A stretch of DNA of 63,836 bases, filler included, from Dimorphilus gyrociliatus (Eukaryota > Animalia > Annelida), in assembly GCA_904063045.1 (NCBI GenBank). It is 4 parts of 4 records of this genome, joined end to end, with 100 filler letters (N's around TTAATTAATTAA, not from the genome) between each part and the next. Parts side by side here need not be neighbours in the genome. Positions count along the whole stretch, not along the records: positions 1 to 28,088 come from CAJFCJ010000095.1; positions 28,189 to 43,224 come from CAJFCJ010000153.1; 2 more parts are not named here. One strand, 5' to 3'. Below are positions 25,301-39,253 of this stretch, in pieces. Both the position numbers and the translations under genes were made by a program. The notes beneath the pieces are model-generated. The model did not search any database and was not told the origin of the DNA. It worked only from the letters and a program-made list of their open reading frames with translations. Position 1 is the first letter of the stretch. Every line of letters begins with the position of its first letter.

Positions 25301-28060
25301 GATGGATCTGATGAAAGTTTTTGTAGTTTGTTTTTAAATTAGAAAGAATGGGAGAAAAAACATTCAAGGCCAAAAATTAATAAACATTACCATTAACTTT
25401 AGGTTCATTCATTTCTTTAAATCAATTTTTTCTCCCAGTCTTTACAGTAATTTATTCCAAATGGTACCTTTCATTTTACATATTGCATACAACTTAGAGA
25501 GAGAAAAATGTTTTGGAGAGTTCAAGTCAGTTTTCTGTTGCCTTTTCTTAAGAAATTAAATGTAAAAAACCAACAGACAATGCCTAAATGGTCAATGCAT
25601 TTCTAAAAATCAAATATGTAATAATGAAAGGAATTGTTTTGATGAATCTGATGAAATTTGCTTTAAAAACAATTCTCTATTAGAACAATTTAAAACAGGT
25701 AGGAAACAAAACCATTGTTGCTGAAACATAGTGAAGTATTCACAGCACTTTTCTCAGACTGCAATAAAGATTTTCAATTGAATTGTGGAAAATATTGTAT
25801 ACCATTATCTTGGGTCAATGATGGTAAAAGAGATTGCAAATTTGATGAAAAAGAAGTTCGAGATATATTTCAGCCAGATGAAGCTTCCTGCTATTTTTTA
25901 AAAAATTCTTTGGGATTACCAATAACTGATTTATATTTAATAAATTCAAGTTGCATCAGAACTTCTTGCCCTTATGGACAATATCTCTGTCGCACTGACA
26001 ATTATTGTATTTCAATTGAGCAAATCTGTGATGGCTCACGTGATTGCTATTATGGTGATGACGAAATTGATTGTAGTAAGTTTCAATTGAAACAAAAAAT
26101 TCGCTATTTCATATATATATATATATTCTGAATGATGAACAATTAGAAAATTTTATACCAAAAGGATATTTCAAATGTAGAAATCAGAGATATTTCATTC
26201 TTCTTTCCAAAATTTGTGATGGTATAGTGAATTGTTTGAATGGAAGTGATGAACTGCTCTGTTCAATACCAAATATCACTCATGTAATACCATCCTGTCA
26301 AGTTGTTTCAAAAGTTGAGATTTACTGTCAGATGAGTAAAAATACTAAAGGGAAATTTAGACTTACTAATAACAGAATGAAACAATTCCACAAAATCACA
26401 ATTATTGGTATGATGGAAAAATTTTTTGTGAATTCATTGATGATTCATCTTCTGTCTTTAACTGTTCAAAATAGTGTAAAATTTGAATTGAATGGAAAAT
26501 TGTTTCCAAATTTAATATATTTAAATCTTAAAAAGACATCTACAAGAGAGAAAAAATTAAGTTTTAATGGACCAATGAAACTTTTGCAGCATTTAGATAT
26601 TTCTCATAATCATATGTTTTCTCTTCAGTTTCTTTCAAAAATTCTGAAATGCAGACATTTGAGATACTTTGATTTTTCATCAACTTTTATAAACACTATC
26701 AAATATAATGATTTTGAAAATATGAATAATTTAACTATATTAAAAATGTCAAAATGTCCTATAAAAACTATTGAAAAACAGTCTTTCAGATTTTTAAAAA
26801 ACCTCCAACACCTTTTCATGAATGAGTCAAATATTCATTTGATCGAAGTAAGGAATATCCTAGATGGGCTCACCCATATTGAGGAAATTCATGGTGATAT
26901 ATTCCAATTTTGCTGTCTAGTTTGGAAAAATCTTGGTGAAAGTATTCATTGTCTACCAGATTCTCTGATGTTTTTTCATTGTGAGCGAATGCTTAGCTCC
27001 TATCTAATAAGATTTATATTCTGGCTTTTTGGTATTGTAGGCCTAATTGGCAATGTCATATCATTTTGTACCAATATCTATATAAATAAAGATACAAAAT
27101 TTTATCATTTACAACTGACTTTTAGTGATTTTTTGACATCATGTTATATTTTAATGATAGCAGCAATGGATGCATACTATGCGTTGTCATATTTAGAAAA
27201 TGATGAATTATGGAGGAATAGTAGATTCTGCCAAAGTTTAAGAACGCTGATGACTACTTCATTGGTTTTATCCTCCTCGAGTACACTTTTAATTGCTTTG
27301 GAAAGGCATCAGGCTGTTGTTCATCCTTTAAAAAAATCAATATTTTCTGCACACTCCAAAAAGTTTATAGGCCTTTCAATAATAATTTGCCTATGCCTGT
27401 CAGCTGTTCCATTAATTTACAATAGAGTAGGTCAAACTATTGATTTAAGCAAAGTTAAACATGCTATAAGTTCTATAGAATATGGATAGTCCAACACCAA
27501 TATGCTTCTATATTCATATGAGAAGTGAAGAAGGTAGAGAGTGGATAATGTCATTTTTACTGTTTAGTGTTCTAACACCAATTCTAAGCTTGTCTGTTGG
27601 TCTTTTATATATTGATATTTTAAGGAAAATGAAGACTAGTTTAGGAAATATTCTGTTATCTTTACATGTGAAGAATACTAGAAGTTTAAAGAAGAGTATT
27701 TTAGTAATAATTTTTTCCAACATCATTGTATGGATGGTGTTTTCCATACTAGGTAAATATCTTTTAATTCAGTGAAATTTTAGTGCTGAAGCTGTTACCT
27801 GCACGGTGAATAGTTTTCATCACTTTCTTCAAAGATCTACCAATGACAGTACCAATGACAGCCCAATGCTTATATGTTTTCAATACAGGGATACTATCAT
27901 TCTTTCATAATATTGTATGGAATAACAATGATATGAGTCTATTTATTTCAATTTTGTTACCCTTAAATTCAATTTTTAACCCATTCTGTTTTACATTCAG
28001 TGAATATTTAAATTACAAAAAGAAAGAAAAAAAGAAATTTGTTAAAAAATTGCAAGTCAT
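22330..28060 (+). CDS. GRL101-like receptor copy 3 (multiple SRCR-like, CTL-like, LDLa repeats, LRR, 7TM), multi-exon, runs off the contig end
   Basis: SRCR-like exons (IKFQLVN...EGVLTF...ICKLLGY; LICISFGFKYG...LECPQNITHLSNC); degenerate lectin-like exon at ~24080-24450; LDLa repeats (ICDGFNDCFTNEDEEYC, CLNGQCISKNQICNNERNCFDESDEIC, ICDGSRDCYYGDDEIDC); LRRs; FQFCCLVW hinge; TM1-7 with ERH and NSIFNPF; GT-AG introns (e.g. 27427-27478). The start is approximate and intactness is not fully verified. Confidence 0.85.
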
Positions 28061-28088
28061 TTATTTTTTTACTTTTCATTTTTAGATA

Positions 28089-28188
28089 NNNNNNNNNNNN
28101 NNNNNNNNNNNNNNNNNNNNNNNNNNNNNNNNTTAATTAATTAANNNNNNNNNNNNNNNNNNNNNNNNNNNNNNNNNNNNNNNNNNNN
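28089..28188. other. Artificial contig-joining linker (N44-TTAATTAATTAA-N44)
   Basis: Identical 100 bp structure occurs three times; TTAATTAATTAA gives stops in all six frames. Confidence 0.97.
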
Positions 28189-29853
28189 TTCAGTAGACAT
28201 TGAAACCATAGTAAGTTCAACAAAGTAAGTTGCATTTATAGGAGCTGTAAATACTCCTGTAGTTATATTCCAATATGATCCACTGTTATATCCAATATGT
28301 GTAAATTTCAAAGTTATAAAATCTGGTTGACAGTTTGGAAAATGTCTAGTATCATGATAAACATATGTTGCAGGTAATGATTCATTCACTTTAAATCCCA
28401 ACAAATAAGATTCTAGCCTAGAACTAGAATAATGCTTTGTATCTTGTAACTTTATTGGAAAATCAGCAGGAACATGAAGTAAAAATCCTCGAGACAAATG
28501 ATATCCTGCTGGTCTAGGATGCCAATAATCCGCTTCTGCATATATTGACTCGTATCCACGTTTACTGCGAATACTTAATTGTGATCTGTATATGATACTA
28601 TTAGGAAGACATCCAGCACCCATATTAAAATAATATAGGCCACTAGTAGTAGTTCTAATTTCTGTTCTATCTGATGAAATAGTAAAACCTTTTTGAGCAA
28701 GAGTGATAGGCAGAGGTTTTGTATATTCTTCAATTGGTTTATCAACAGCATAGGAGAAATAAGAACTGCTTTCATATCTAAAACCAATCCAGGCAGTATC
28801 CTTTCCATCATCACTACCAATTAATCTACTATTACCAATATTACTTATAAGAGTAGGCTTAGAAAGGCCAGTCAGAGTGAAAAGGCTGCTTCTTGAAAAT
28901 GTATTTGTTACTGTTCTTTCACCTTCTTTACGTTTTCTACTTGAATATATATTCCTTCCAACATTTTGTAATTTGAAATCCACATCTGTACGAGATGTTG
29001 CAGTCATTGAAAAGAAATACATTCCAGGTTGTGAAATTTCTACTTGTTCCTTTTCTGGATTATATAGATGATAATTATTTATGTCTATAGAACTCCAATT
29101 AATTTTCCCCCTATTGACAGTTATAGTTCTTTGTAAGGATAACATAAATGCTGGATTATTGTCATCTGTACAAGGAAGACTTTGACATTGTGCTATCTCT
29201 ATGGAAGAACCTGAACAAGTAGGTCCTCCATTCTCAGGAACAGGGTTATTGCATTTTCTTGTTCTAGTCTTAATTCCAGGACCTCCACAGGTTGGTTCAC
29301 AGACACCCCATTCTGACCATTCAGACCAACCACCTGCTATAGGACACCTTGCAAATTCAAATGGGACACACATTTGTACATAACAAGCTCTAGTATTTAT
29401 AAAAGGTGTAAAAAAGAAACCTTCTGGACATTGCTGGGGCCAAGACACACCATTTTTACAGTGAAAATAAATTCTACAATCTAATAAACTGGGAACTGTT
29501 TCATTTTTATTAGGATGGCATTCATTTGCTTTTGTTAAAGAAGGTGCAACTTGAAAATTTTTTGAATTTGGTTGACATATATCATCTTTTCCAGAATACA
29601 ATGTTTGATTTGTAAAAGGAGAGCAGTCAGAAAATTCTTCATCAATACAAGCATTAAAATTACAATCTGATAGTGAGGGTTTGAAATGCTGTCCAGGAGG
29701 ACAAATCCTTGCATGACTAGTTCCATTTATACAATGATGGTAAACATAACATCACCATAAACACCGTCTATAGGCCTGTGATTATCATCCTTTGGACAAA
29801 TGAATGATAAAATAGTAGGAAGAAAGCATAGAAGAGCTGTAAAATATTATCAT
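28189..29853 (-). CDS. Secreted protein: 2x chitin-binding peritrophin-A (CBM14) - TSP1 - tandem C1q-like domains; 3' end truncated at the gap; two 1-nt indels near the 5' end
   Basis: DCRIYFHCKNG...CPEGFFF (CBM14); a second CBM14 upstream in frame (CYVYHHCINGTSHARICPPGQHF); WSEWSEWGVCEPTCGGPGIKTRTRKCNNPVP (TSP1); C1q-like blocks PAFMLSL...PGMYFFS and GVFTAPINATYFVELT. Confidence 0.8.
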
Positions 29854-30470
29854 AGTGATGATGATATTAAAAACAAAAAAGTGAAGGATAGGTAAAAAAA
29901 ATAACAAACCAAAGTAAGAAAAAAACACTTTTTTCATAGTCACAATCTTCAGGTGAAATGCTGAAATTGTGTTGTGTTGCAGTCTTTGTGAACAACTATA
30001 TATATGTAGCCTTCTTATCATAAACTCACATATATATATATATAACAACATATTATCACTTAGACAGGTCAAAAGTTTGGATTAAAAAAACAAAGTTAGA
30101 TATTGAGGATAGAGTTTTTCTTGAAAAAGTATGTAAAGGATGAAACATGTCTTATTGATAATAATGTACAATTGCTTTTGCTATTATCATTTTAACAAGT
30201 CAAAAGCTGGGATTAAAGATAAAAAACTAGATAATTTTATCTAATATATATTTCAAGAAAAAGTTGATTTGAAAATTATTGATAACATACTTTAAAAAAA
30301 TTTTTAATTTTTTCTACATCAAGTTTTAAGTACCAATGTATTAAATTAATACCAGAGTTTTTCTGATAGAATATATATTCTTTAAAATGAACTAATAATT
30401 TAACAGTACAGTTTACTCTATGTTTAGAAATTAAAAATTGACAAGGTTCATCTTCTTTTAGACTTTTTTC

Positions 30471-30540
30471 TCTAGTTCTAAACAAGCAAGTTTAATCAAC
30501 CAGTTGATGGTTAAAGAACTGACCTATCAACTGTTAATTT
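30471..30540. repeat. 70 bp repeat shared with 41349-41418 (probable LTR/leader remnant of the Gypsy element)
   Basis: TCTAGTTCTAAACAA.CAAGTTTAA.CAACCAGTTGATGGTTA.AGAACTGA.CTATC.ACTGTT.ATTT occurs in both places. The second copy lies just upstream of the gag-like ORF. Confidence 0.7.
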
Positions 30541-33500
30541 GAACAGTTGAATTGCAAAAGTTGTAGAGTTGCATAAGATGAAATAATTTTAATACAACAA
30601 GTCCAACAATCAAAAAAACATAAATATTATATATTTGACCATTTTTGTATACTAATTTAATAATAATAGTTAGTTGCTTTGGTTAATAAGGAAGAAGCTT
30701 ATCTGGTTAATGTATCTTATTAATAATATTGTATATATAATACTACATAATTGTGAATAGGGTTAGGTTAGGTTAGCTGATGGTATTACCTTTTATTTCA
30801 AAATAAAACAAACACAATGCAATGATAAAAACAAAAAAATTAGAGAAGATTACTTGGAAACAACCAGCCCTGGAAGAAGTCTTTCACTCCTCAACGTTTG
30901 GTGCTAATTTGGTAGTTTGGTAATCTACTATCTACTCTGCTAGTGAACTTTTGTATTGTTACTTGCTTAAGTATTGTATTATTAAACAAACCACTTAAAA
31001 TTAAACATTTTGTTTAGGGTTGGAGTAGAAAAAACATCCATTAATTATTAAAATATGATAAAAAATTAGAAACTAATGCAATCCCAATAAAAAAATTGTT
31101 AATTAGAAAAACATTTTAAGAGATCTTTGCCCTCAGCAAAAGTTTTCTCTCTTTTCATTTGGCACTTGAAGAACTATCCAGTTAATATTTATCTTTAGTA
31201 GTGGAATAATACAAAAAGTCCAATATTTAACAAGTCTATTTGAATTTTTAAACTTGGCACGTCTTATACAATATTGAAAAAAATTCCATGATTGCAAAAG
31301 TGAAGTTTTCTGTTGGCCCCAATAAATCACTCAAAACTCTTCTCATCATTTTTTGTAATCAGTATTCTTTTAAATTATATTTTATCATTTTCTATATAAA
31401 ACTAGGTCTTTGGCCATTTCAATTAGACCTCTGGCTGTTTTCAACCAACCTCTGACCATTTTCTACCATATTTGTGCACTTAGAAGTAGCTTACATGAAG
31501 ACTACTCATGAATAAAAGGTAATTGGGACAACTATCTATCTCGAATTGTAAACATTCAATTACAAGTTATTGAAATAATAAAATTGTCAATTAAATGGTC
31601 TTAACCCTTTAAATATGGCAAACTTAGAATGGTGAAGGTTGCACAGCTGTTGTTGACCACAGAAAAACAACAACAAATGCTTGCCAAACCTGTTATATAT
31701 GATGCAATAGGAACATTCTTTAAGAAAATAATTAAATTTAATTTGAAAAGGCTTGGCTGATGTTTTATTGAATGGTTATTTGTGGACTAGCATATGTTCA
31801 TTATTCCTTTAAGAATTCGTGTTACATTTGAAAGATGAAAGTGATATTTCTATTTTATAGCTATACTTTCAAATAGTTCTATATTAAGATTCAATCTAGA
31901 TATGATGATAGAAACTGATTAGATATCTCATCATTTATAGGATAAACTCTCCAAATATTAAGATTATGCTATTTTTATAGTATTTGAAATATATCATCTC
32001 ATTTGTATAACAATAATGTGTCCTAGATTTTTAACTCTTTTTTGTTTACTTATCAAATATTATTGATATTTTTAACAAATGGAATTTGTATTTAGAATAT
32101 ATGAAATAAAATGTTAATATATTAATAAGATATTAATCTCTTAGAATATATGAAATAAAATGTACAGAAAATAAATCTGAGAAAAAACAACCTTGTTCTA
32201 CTGGAATAATAACTCTGATATTTGAGTGAGTTTTATTCATTTTACACTATTCATTTATATTATGTACAATTGTCATATCACATATATTCTGAATTAGTCA
32301 ATCAAATGTCTGCAAAATATAACTCTAATTGATTTATTAATAAAACAGCTTTCTTATTTTATTCCCATATCTTTCAAACACAAAAAGTATGGAGAACATC
32401 AGACAGTATTATAGGAGCTATTGCAATAATAACAGGTGTAATAATGTGACAAGACATTCCAAATTTTGAATTTTCACTCAAATAAATCGCAACCAACCCT
32501 GAACAAAATGCTTCTGCATTTGTTGCCCCAGCATGGATCAAATGAATGAAATAACCTTCAACTTATTTTCAATTGTCATTTACACAGATAAACATTTCAA
32601 TTTCACTACTAGATATAGAAGAAACCTATTCAAAGACACACTAATTTATGCTCTTAATATTTTTTACCTTAACTATCATATTTCCTCTTTAAGGTGTTGG
32701 AAATGATACACAGTTTGTCATTTATTTAGCCTTATCTGACAACAATCTTGATATCAATTCTTTAATTAAAGCATTAAGAGTTTGGATACCAAATGGACAA
32801 AAAAATTATCAAAATGAGTAGAAATCTTCTGAGTATCTATCAGGATGTGGAGGAAACTGGTGGGATTGAAATGATGCAAGAGCACAAGTCAGCATAATCA
32901 ATAGAGCAAAGAAAAAATTACACAGGTAATTGCAATCATGGGATAGAAATGAGTCAAATAGTATACTACCAACTCATATTAAAAATTATGTTGTGTGATA
33001 AAGTTTACAAAAACAACAGATGAAACAGAAAAAAGAGGAGGATGATTTGTGTGGTCTCTTTTAAATCTCTGAAGATGATGGTAAAATGTGCTAAAGTTAA
33101 AAAATTGGTTGAAAGAAGATGGTAAAAATGATTCTATGAGAAGTGTTGCATATTTTTATTATTTTCTAGTCTTTCAAAGACTTTTTCCTGTTGTGATTAC
33201 AATACAACAAAGTACAAAAATCATAATTATTTTGTCATTTATTTTCTCATATCAACCTAAATTATTTCATTTGTTGACAAACAGGAAAATGCTTTGAATG
33301 CCAAGGCACAGAAGCAGAATGTGGTAAAGATATCTCAAATCTGCAAAATGGAACTGACAAATATTAATATTTATATTTATAAATAAAATGGTGGAAATGA
33401 AAGAGAAAGGGATGAAACCATGGTAGGTCGATTAGGCAGGAATATATACAAAATTCAATGGTTTCTCCCTAACCATATTCAAATCCAAAATATACCCTTC

Positions 33501-35710
33501 AAAATTCTAATTTATGTACATTTTCTGTTGACTCTACAAAAGACAAGACATCTTGAAAAGTTTTTACACCCATGCTCACAGATTACTGTGAATTATTGAT
33601 CTGGTTTTCTTAGGATATTTAAAGCTAGGGTATTGTCATGACATATAACAAAATAGTATAAGAAAATAGAATATTCCTAACTAAAGGAATACAAATTATC
33701 CTTCACTATTATTTTAAACAATAAATTAATGTATGTGTACATCCAGAATAGAAACAATACTGAGGGATACAGTAAACACCCTAATGTGCAATTGTTCATT
33801 TAAAATGATGAATTATCAGCTTTCCTTTGTCAACAAATATGTATATAAAGCTATAGCTATTCTTAGTCAGTGTAGTAGCCAGTGCAGCAGTGTACAATAA
33901 GCATTTAATTTATGCTCTTTGGTGAATATAACTTGTGTGGAGAAAACCAGAGAAAAAAGAACCTTGCTTTACTGGAATAACAACTCTGATATTAATGAGT
34001 TTCATTCAAAAAATTCCCAGCTCTTCATAATTTTGAAAAGTTCCAAACTCTGTGCTGTAATTTTAAAACAGCTCAACAAATATCATTGATACTTTCCAAT
34101 AATCTTAGTGAATTAGTAAACTTTCACTGATGTTAGCTATGAGTAATAGAGAGACCCAACTATATTCACAAAGAGTGAGAAAAACAAGATGTTAACAGTT
34201 TTTCATATTAATTTTTATAAACTAAATTTTATAAACTTTAAAAAAAAACAATTGGCAGACAACCCTACTTCAACAGTTGTTTCTTATTGTTTGTCTCTTT
34301 TAAATACTTTAAATATACCATTCTCATTATTTAGATAAAAATTTGAACTTATTTAATGCAACTTCCCAAATAGGCCAATACTCAATCAAGGAAATCTTAT
34401 TTCACATATTTTACTGATAGGTTCATTAGAGAAGGTTCTAACATATAAACCTTCACAAAATCTACTACCACAGTTGCAGCTGTATTTACATTGTTGACTA
34501 TTTGAAAATATCAATTTGCAACTTTGAAATAATCCTTGAAAATTAATTTTATACTGAAGAAATGATGGAATGTACACCATTACATTAGATGAGTGGCCTC
34601 AAGACAATATTTAGCACAAATTTTTGGATCTGCAGCTCCAGGATCAATAATTTGAGGTACTATATCAAATACATGATAGTTGCCTAATTTTTAATAAAAC
34701 CAGGAACTTCAAATTTGGTTGCATAGCATCCATTTTGATTTTTTTAATTTTAAATTAGTGGATACCTTTGAAAAGTTATTGTCTAAAAAAAGTTGAGAAA
34801 GATACAAACGAAGAAGTATAAAGGTTTACAATTTAAAAATTCCAATTTTGGAGTAAATTTGAAGAAAGAGAATTAGGTTTGGATGAATTATTGGATAGAC
34901 TTGCTCACTGAAATATTTTTTAAAAATGATTTTTTCTTGCTCTGCATTTTAGCCAGGGTTTAGATTTTTTTAAAAAGTATACGCATACCTCAAACTGACC
35001 ACTTAATTTTGTGTTTTTAAATTGTGTTTTTTATATAAGAAATAAACATAATCCTTCAAAATATTGAAAATCATAATTGTCATTTTATCAATTATTTTGT
35101 ACTAAAATTATCTTCAGGAGCCAAAAGTTATTCAGCAAGAATGCCTAACAGAAGGCCATAATATCCTGGCCCTGTCCACATTACTATTACTTTGCTTCTA
35201 CAATCAATTTTACTAAATTAAACACTTTCATTAATAGATAATACGTTTTTAACAGATGTTGAAACAAAAAGCTGACATACTGACATAGTCCACTGTGGCT
35301 TGTAGATATGGAGAAACAATTTTTAATTACAAAGTGTTTCATTAACCTTCTCTATTTCTCTATCAAGGCAGGAATCGCAATCTTTCATAAATGATTTTAG
35401 GAAAATCATTCCACATTTCACAGCCTTTTTTTTCAAAAGAAAAATAAATTAATTAGTTAAAATGTTTCCATTGCACTACTTGGTTTAGTCAGAAATTTAT
35501 TCATGAACAGTTGATCAATTTCAATTTCAGCAATTATAAATATGCTCTAGTGGCGGAGAGAATCACTCTATACGTTTCCTGTGTAGACAGCTTTTGAAGC
35601 TCTCTTTAACTAATTCAAAATTGTTCAATCATTCATTCAAAATGATCTTCTTATTCTTTATTTCTAATTATCTTTATTTTTAGTGTTCAAAATTGAAAAA
35701 TACATTAATA

Positions 35711-37012
35711 TTAGATACGATTAAAAAGTTTAAAACTATGTCTTTTTTTCATTAGAAATGTTTGATGAAATGTATTAATTTTTTCGTATGTGATAGCCTA
35801 TAATCTACTCTACAAATGATAATAATTTAATTTTTTAATAGTCCCCTCCTTTCTCTATGCAAGCCTGCCCTTTGCTAGGAAGTAGACTAAGGCTATTCTG
35901 GTAAAAGGAGGTTGGTTTTCTCCTTAGAAAATCATTTACATCTTTTTAATTCCTCCAAATTTTCATAAAGGGATCCTCTGATATGGTCCTTCAATCTCCC
36001 AAAAAGATAATAGTCAGAGGGAGCCAAATCAGGGCTGTATGCTGGGTGACCCTTGATCTCTTATGAAATCTGTTGTGTAGAGACTTGTATGTGGTCTTGC
36101 TGCAATATTATTTGTTTTCCAGGTCTAATTCTATGTAATTTCTTCCTTAGTCTCTTAGGGTCTCAACATATTGTATTGAGTTGACTACTTCACCATACTC
36201 CATGAATTCTATGTGGATTAAACCTGAACAGTCCCAAAAAAACTGTGCACATCAGTTTTTCAGCTGACTTAGTCAGTTTAAGCTTCTTTTCAGGTGGTGA
36301 TGAGGTGTGCTTATATGTCAAAGAAGACCTTTTAGATGCTGGATCATACAAGTGTACCCAGGTTTCATCCCCAGTCACAATTTTTTCTAAAAAGTCTCTT
36401 CCTTCCGCCATGTATCTTTCAAGTAGCTCTGTACGATGACTCACCCTTATCTGCTTCTGGTCCATATTAAGGGCATAAGGAATCCATTTTGCACAGATCT
36501 TTCTGTACCCCAGCTCTTTTATAATTTTTCCTGCAGCCTCTTGACAAATTTCTAATTTTTTGGTGATTTCTCTCTGAGAAATGGTCCAATCTTCTCTGAT
36601 AAGCCTGTCAATTGTTTCTCTGTTCTGACTTGTTACAGCTGTCCATGGACAACCAGATCTTGCCAAGTCTTCAAAATTTGTTCTTCATTTTTTTATTTCA
36701 GATACCCACCTTCTTATGGAACATTCACTCAGAGTTTCATCCCCACAATAGCTTTTTAACTGCTTATAAATTTGTTTCAGAGAGACCTTCTCATGCACTA
36801 AAAATGCAATAATTTGTCGTTGATTGGAATGTGTGCACATGACTTGCAGTTGCTTACACCAAAATAAATTTGTAATGGCTCAACAGAATTGAATGAAAGT
36901 TTGCACAATGAAAGTTTACTTATTTACTAAGATAATTGGAAAGTATCAATGATACTAGTGGAGCTGTTTTAAAATTCCAGCACATAGTTTGAAACTTTTC
37001 GATCATATCTAA
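35711..37012 (-). mobile_element. Full-length (1302 bp) decayed mariner element
   Basis: ~30 bp TIRs (TTAGATACGATTAAAAAGTTTAAAACTATG versus the reverse complement of the 37012 end, 4 mismatches), TA flanks, HTH, WIPYAL, TGDETW, PAYSPDLAPSDY; stops and frameshifts. Confidence 0.92.
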
Positions 37013-37761
37013 TATATCTCACATTTCTCTTTTGTATATTTTGCCAACAAAACAAAGTACTTAACTTCTATTGAATTTACAATTTTTGTCTCAAATTATA
37101 TGAATAACAATTCTGCATTATGCAGATATATGTTGCTCAACACTGTATAATTTTCGAATTGTTATTGGAAAGATATGATACTAGACATTTCTATAGGCCT
37201 TTTGGAAATATCTGCATAGATTTTCATTGTAGACTGGCTACAATTGGTCAAAGTATTTTGAATTTTGGTGAAAAGTCTAATTATACTTTATACCCATTTT
37301 AAGAGTTAGAGAACCGTTTTTGTATTCTACTTTAATAACAATAATAAATTGCCTGTTCAATTACGCAAAAGTAGGTCAACACTGCTTGTCTCTATCAGTG
37401 CAATCAGCACTGTGTAATACCAGTTCAATACTGCTTATCTACTGTAGAATAGAGTTGACGAATGTATGTACATAGTTACATAATTATTAACTATTATTGA
37501 TTTTCCATTTGATATCCAATTAGAATTAATCGGCTTTGCAGGACTTTGTCCTTGAAGAATTAGGGCGCAGAATTGAAAATTTAAAAAAGAAAGAAATATT
37601 CATATTCATAAGTTGCATAACTTTCATAATTTTCTTCATCTACTTTTCAAAACCTGTTTACATTACTTAAAAGAAAATCTTGATTATCATCTTTTCATTT
37701 CTCATCATTGTATTCAAGAAAAGAAATTCACTTCCACTAAATTTTTTCTCTTCTTTTTCAG

Positions 37762-38325
37762 ATTCACTTGTTAAAACATATACTGGAATTGATACGGCTG
37801 AGGATAATGATCCTGATCTTATCACTGTTGCACCTAGCAATGGCACTAATTGCCAATTCCCTTATCACGATGGCGACTGGGTGAGCTTTGGTTGTGAAAC
37901 TGGAGGTGGTGTACCGTGGTGTGGCGTTGTTGAAGATTTGGAAAAAGATAATAAATGGGGCTATTGTCTATTTGATTATTGTAAATTGACAGCATCCGGT
38001 GAAGGTTACGGTGGAAAAGTCAGCATTGATAATAAGGGTAAAGATATATTGATGTTATAAACAAGTAGGTCAATTTGCATATCAAATAATAACAAAACAC
38101 ACAAAAATGGAAATAATTGTTTTCCTATTTCTTTCTTAAACAGTGATAGCCCAGAAATCATATTAACTGATATGGATCCTCACAGAGATACAATCATCGA
38201 CATATGGAATAAATTAAGAGAAGAAAATTGCAATATTTGTTGTAATGAGTCGTATTGTAATTATCCACTGCTACCACCAGCCAATATTTTGGGTTCAAAA
38301 TCCAATATCATATTGTCATTGTAGA
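37762..38325 (+). pseudogene. Gene fragment: fibronectin type II domain plus kringle-like start, followed by an exon ending CCNESYCN
   Basis: CQFPY...C...WCG....DNKWGYC (FN2), then YC...GEGYGGKVS; intron 38038-38143; next exon has a Ly6/LU-like CCxxxxCN. No start or complete gene seen. Confidence 0.5.
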
Positions 38326-39253
38326 ATTCTTGGTTAGTATTCAATCTTTCTTCTCTGCATGTTTTCTTTTTCTTTTGAGAGAAAAACAGACTTGAACAAC
38401 AAATTTACCTCTTTTTGAAAATCATTTGTATTTTTTTTATGGACTTACTAGTGTATTTTTAATAAAAACTCTTTATTCAAGTGAAAAATTTACCAAAATT
38501 TTTTCATTGTACTTTTGTAAGTCTGTTAAAAATTGTATAAAGAAAAGTATACTTTCATCACCTCAATTTGAAAACACCATCATTTACAGCCATAATCTTT
38601 TCTGGCTTTTGACTTATGCCATCATATTACAGTAGGAATGCTATTAATTTTTCCTATAAAGTAGGTCATATACATGACCTATTTTTAGTGATCCTTTGCA
38701 TAAGGCAAATGAGTTCAATCCATGTCTATAAACAATCAAGGAGATATATTTCAGATATCTTAGTAGGAAGAACTCAATTCCACAAAGAATGTACAACTAA
38801 TTCTAGGCCTAATTACTCTATAAATTTTTTTTCCTTTTTCCTATTTGTTTTTTTAAAGAGCCAATTGTTTCCTTCACAAATGTCAAAAAGTTTTAAAGAA
38901 GGAAGCTGAAAGAAAAGGAGAAAGTCTTTAAGCAATTGATGAAAATTTTCAATATCTCATAAATATATCAAATAGGATAAAAGATATTTTCTATCCAGAT
39001 TATTAACTAAATTTTTTCTGACCTACTTATAAAAAAACAACAGTAGGATAATCATTGATTGTTTTCCATATATCAGTTCAATTTATTATAAAATGAAAGC
39101 AAATAAAACATTTCAACACTTTACTGAAAGTGAAAGTACTCAATTTAAAAGAATAGAAACAAAACAAACTATTTATAGATGTATTTTATTTTTATAATAT
39201 GTTTTGAATCACTGTTATAAATACAGAAACATAGACATGTTATGATATGTCTC

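Noticed and set aside
28133-28144. TTAATTAATTAA palindrome as a biological site
   Set aside because: It is embedded in Ns and repeated identically at all three gaps, so it is an assembly linker.
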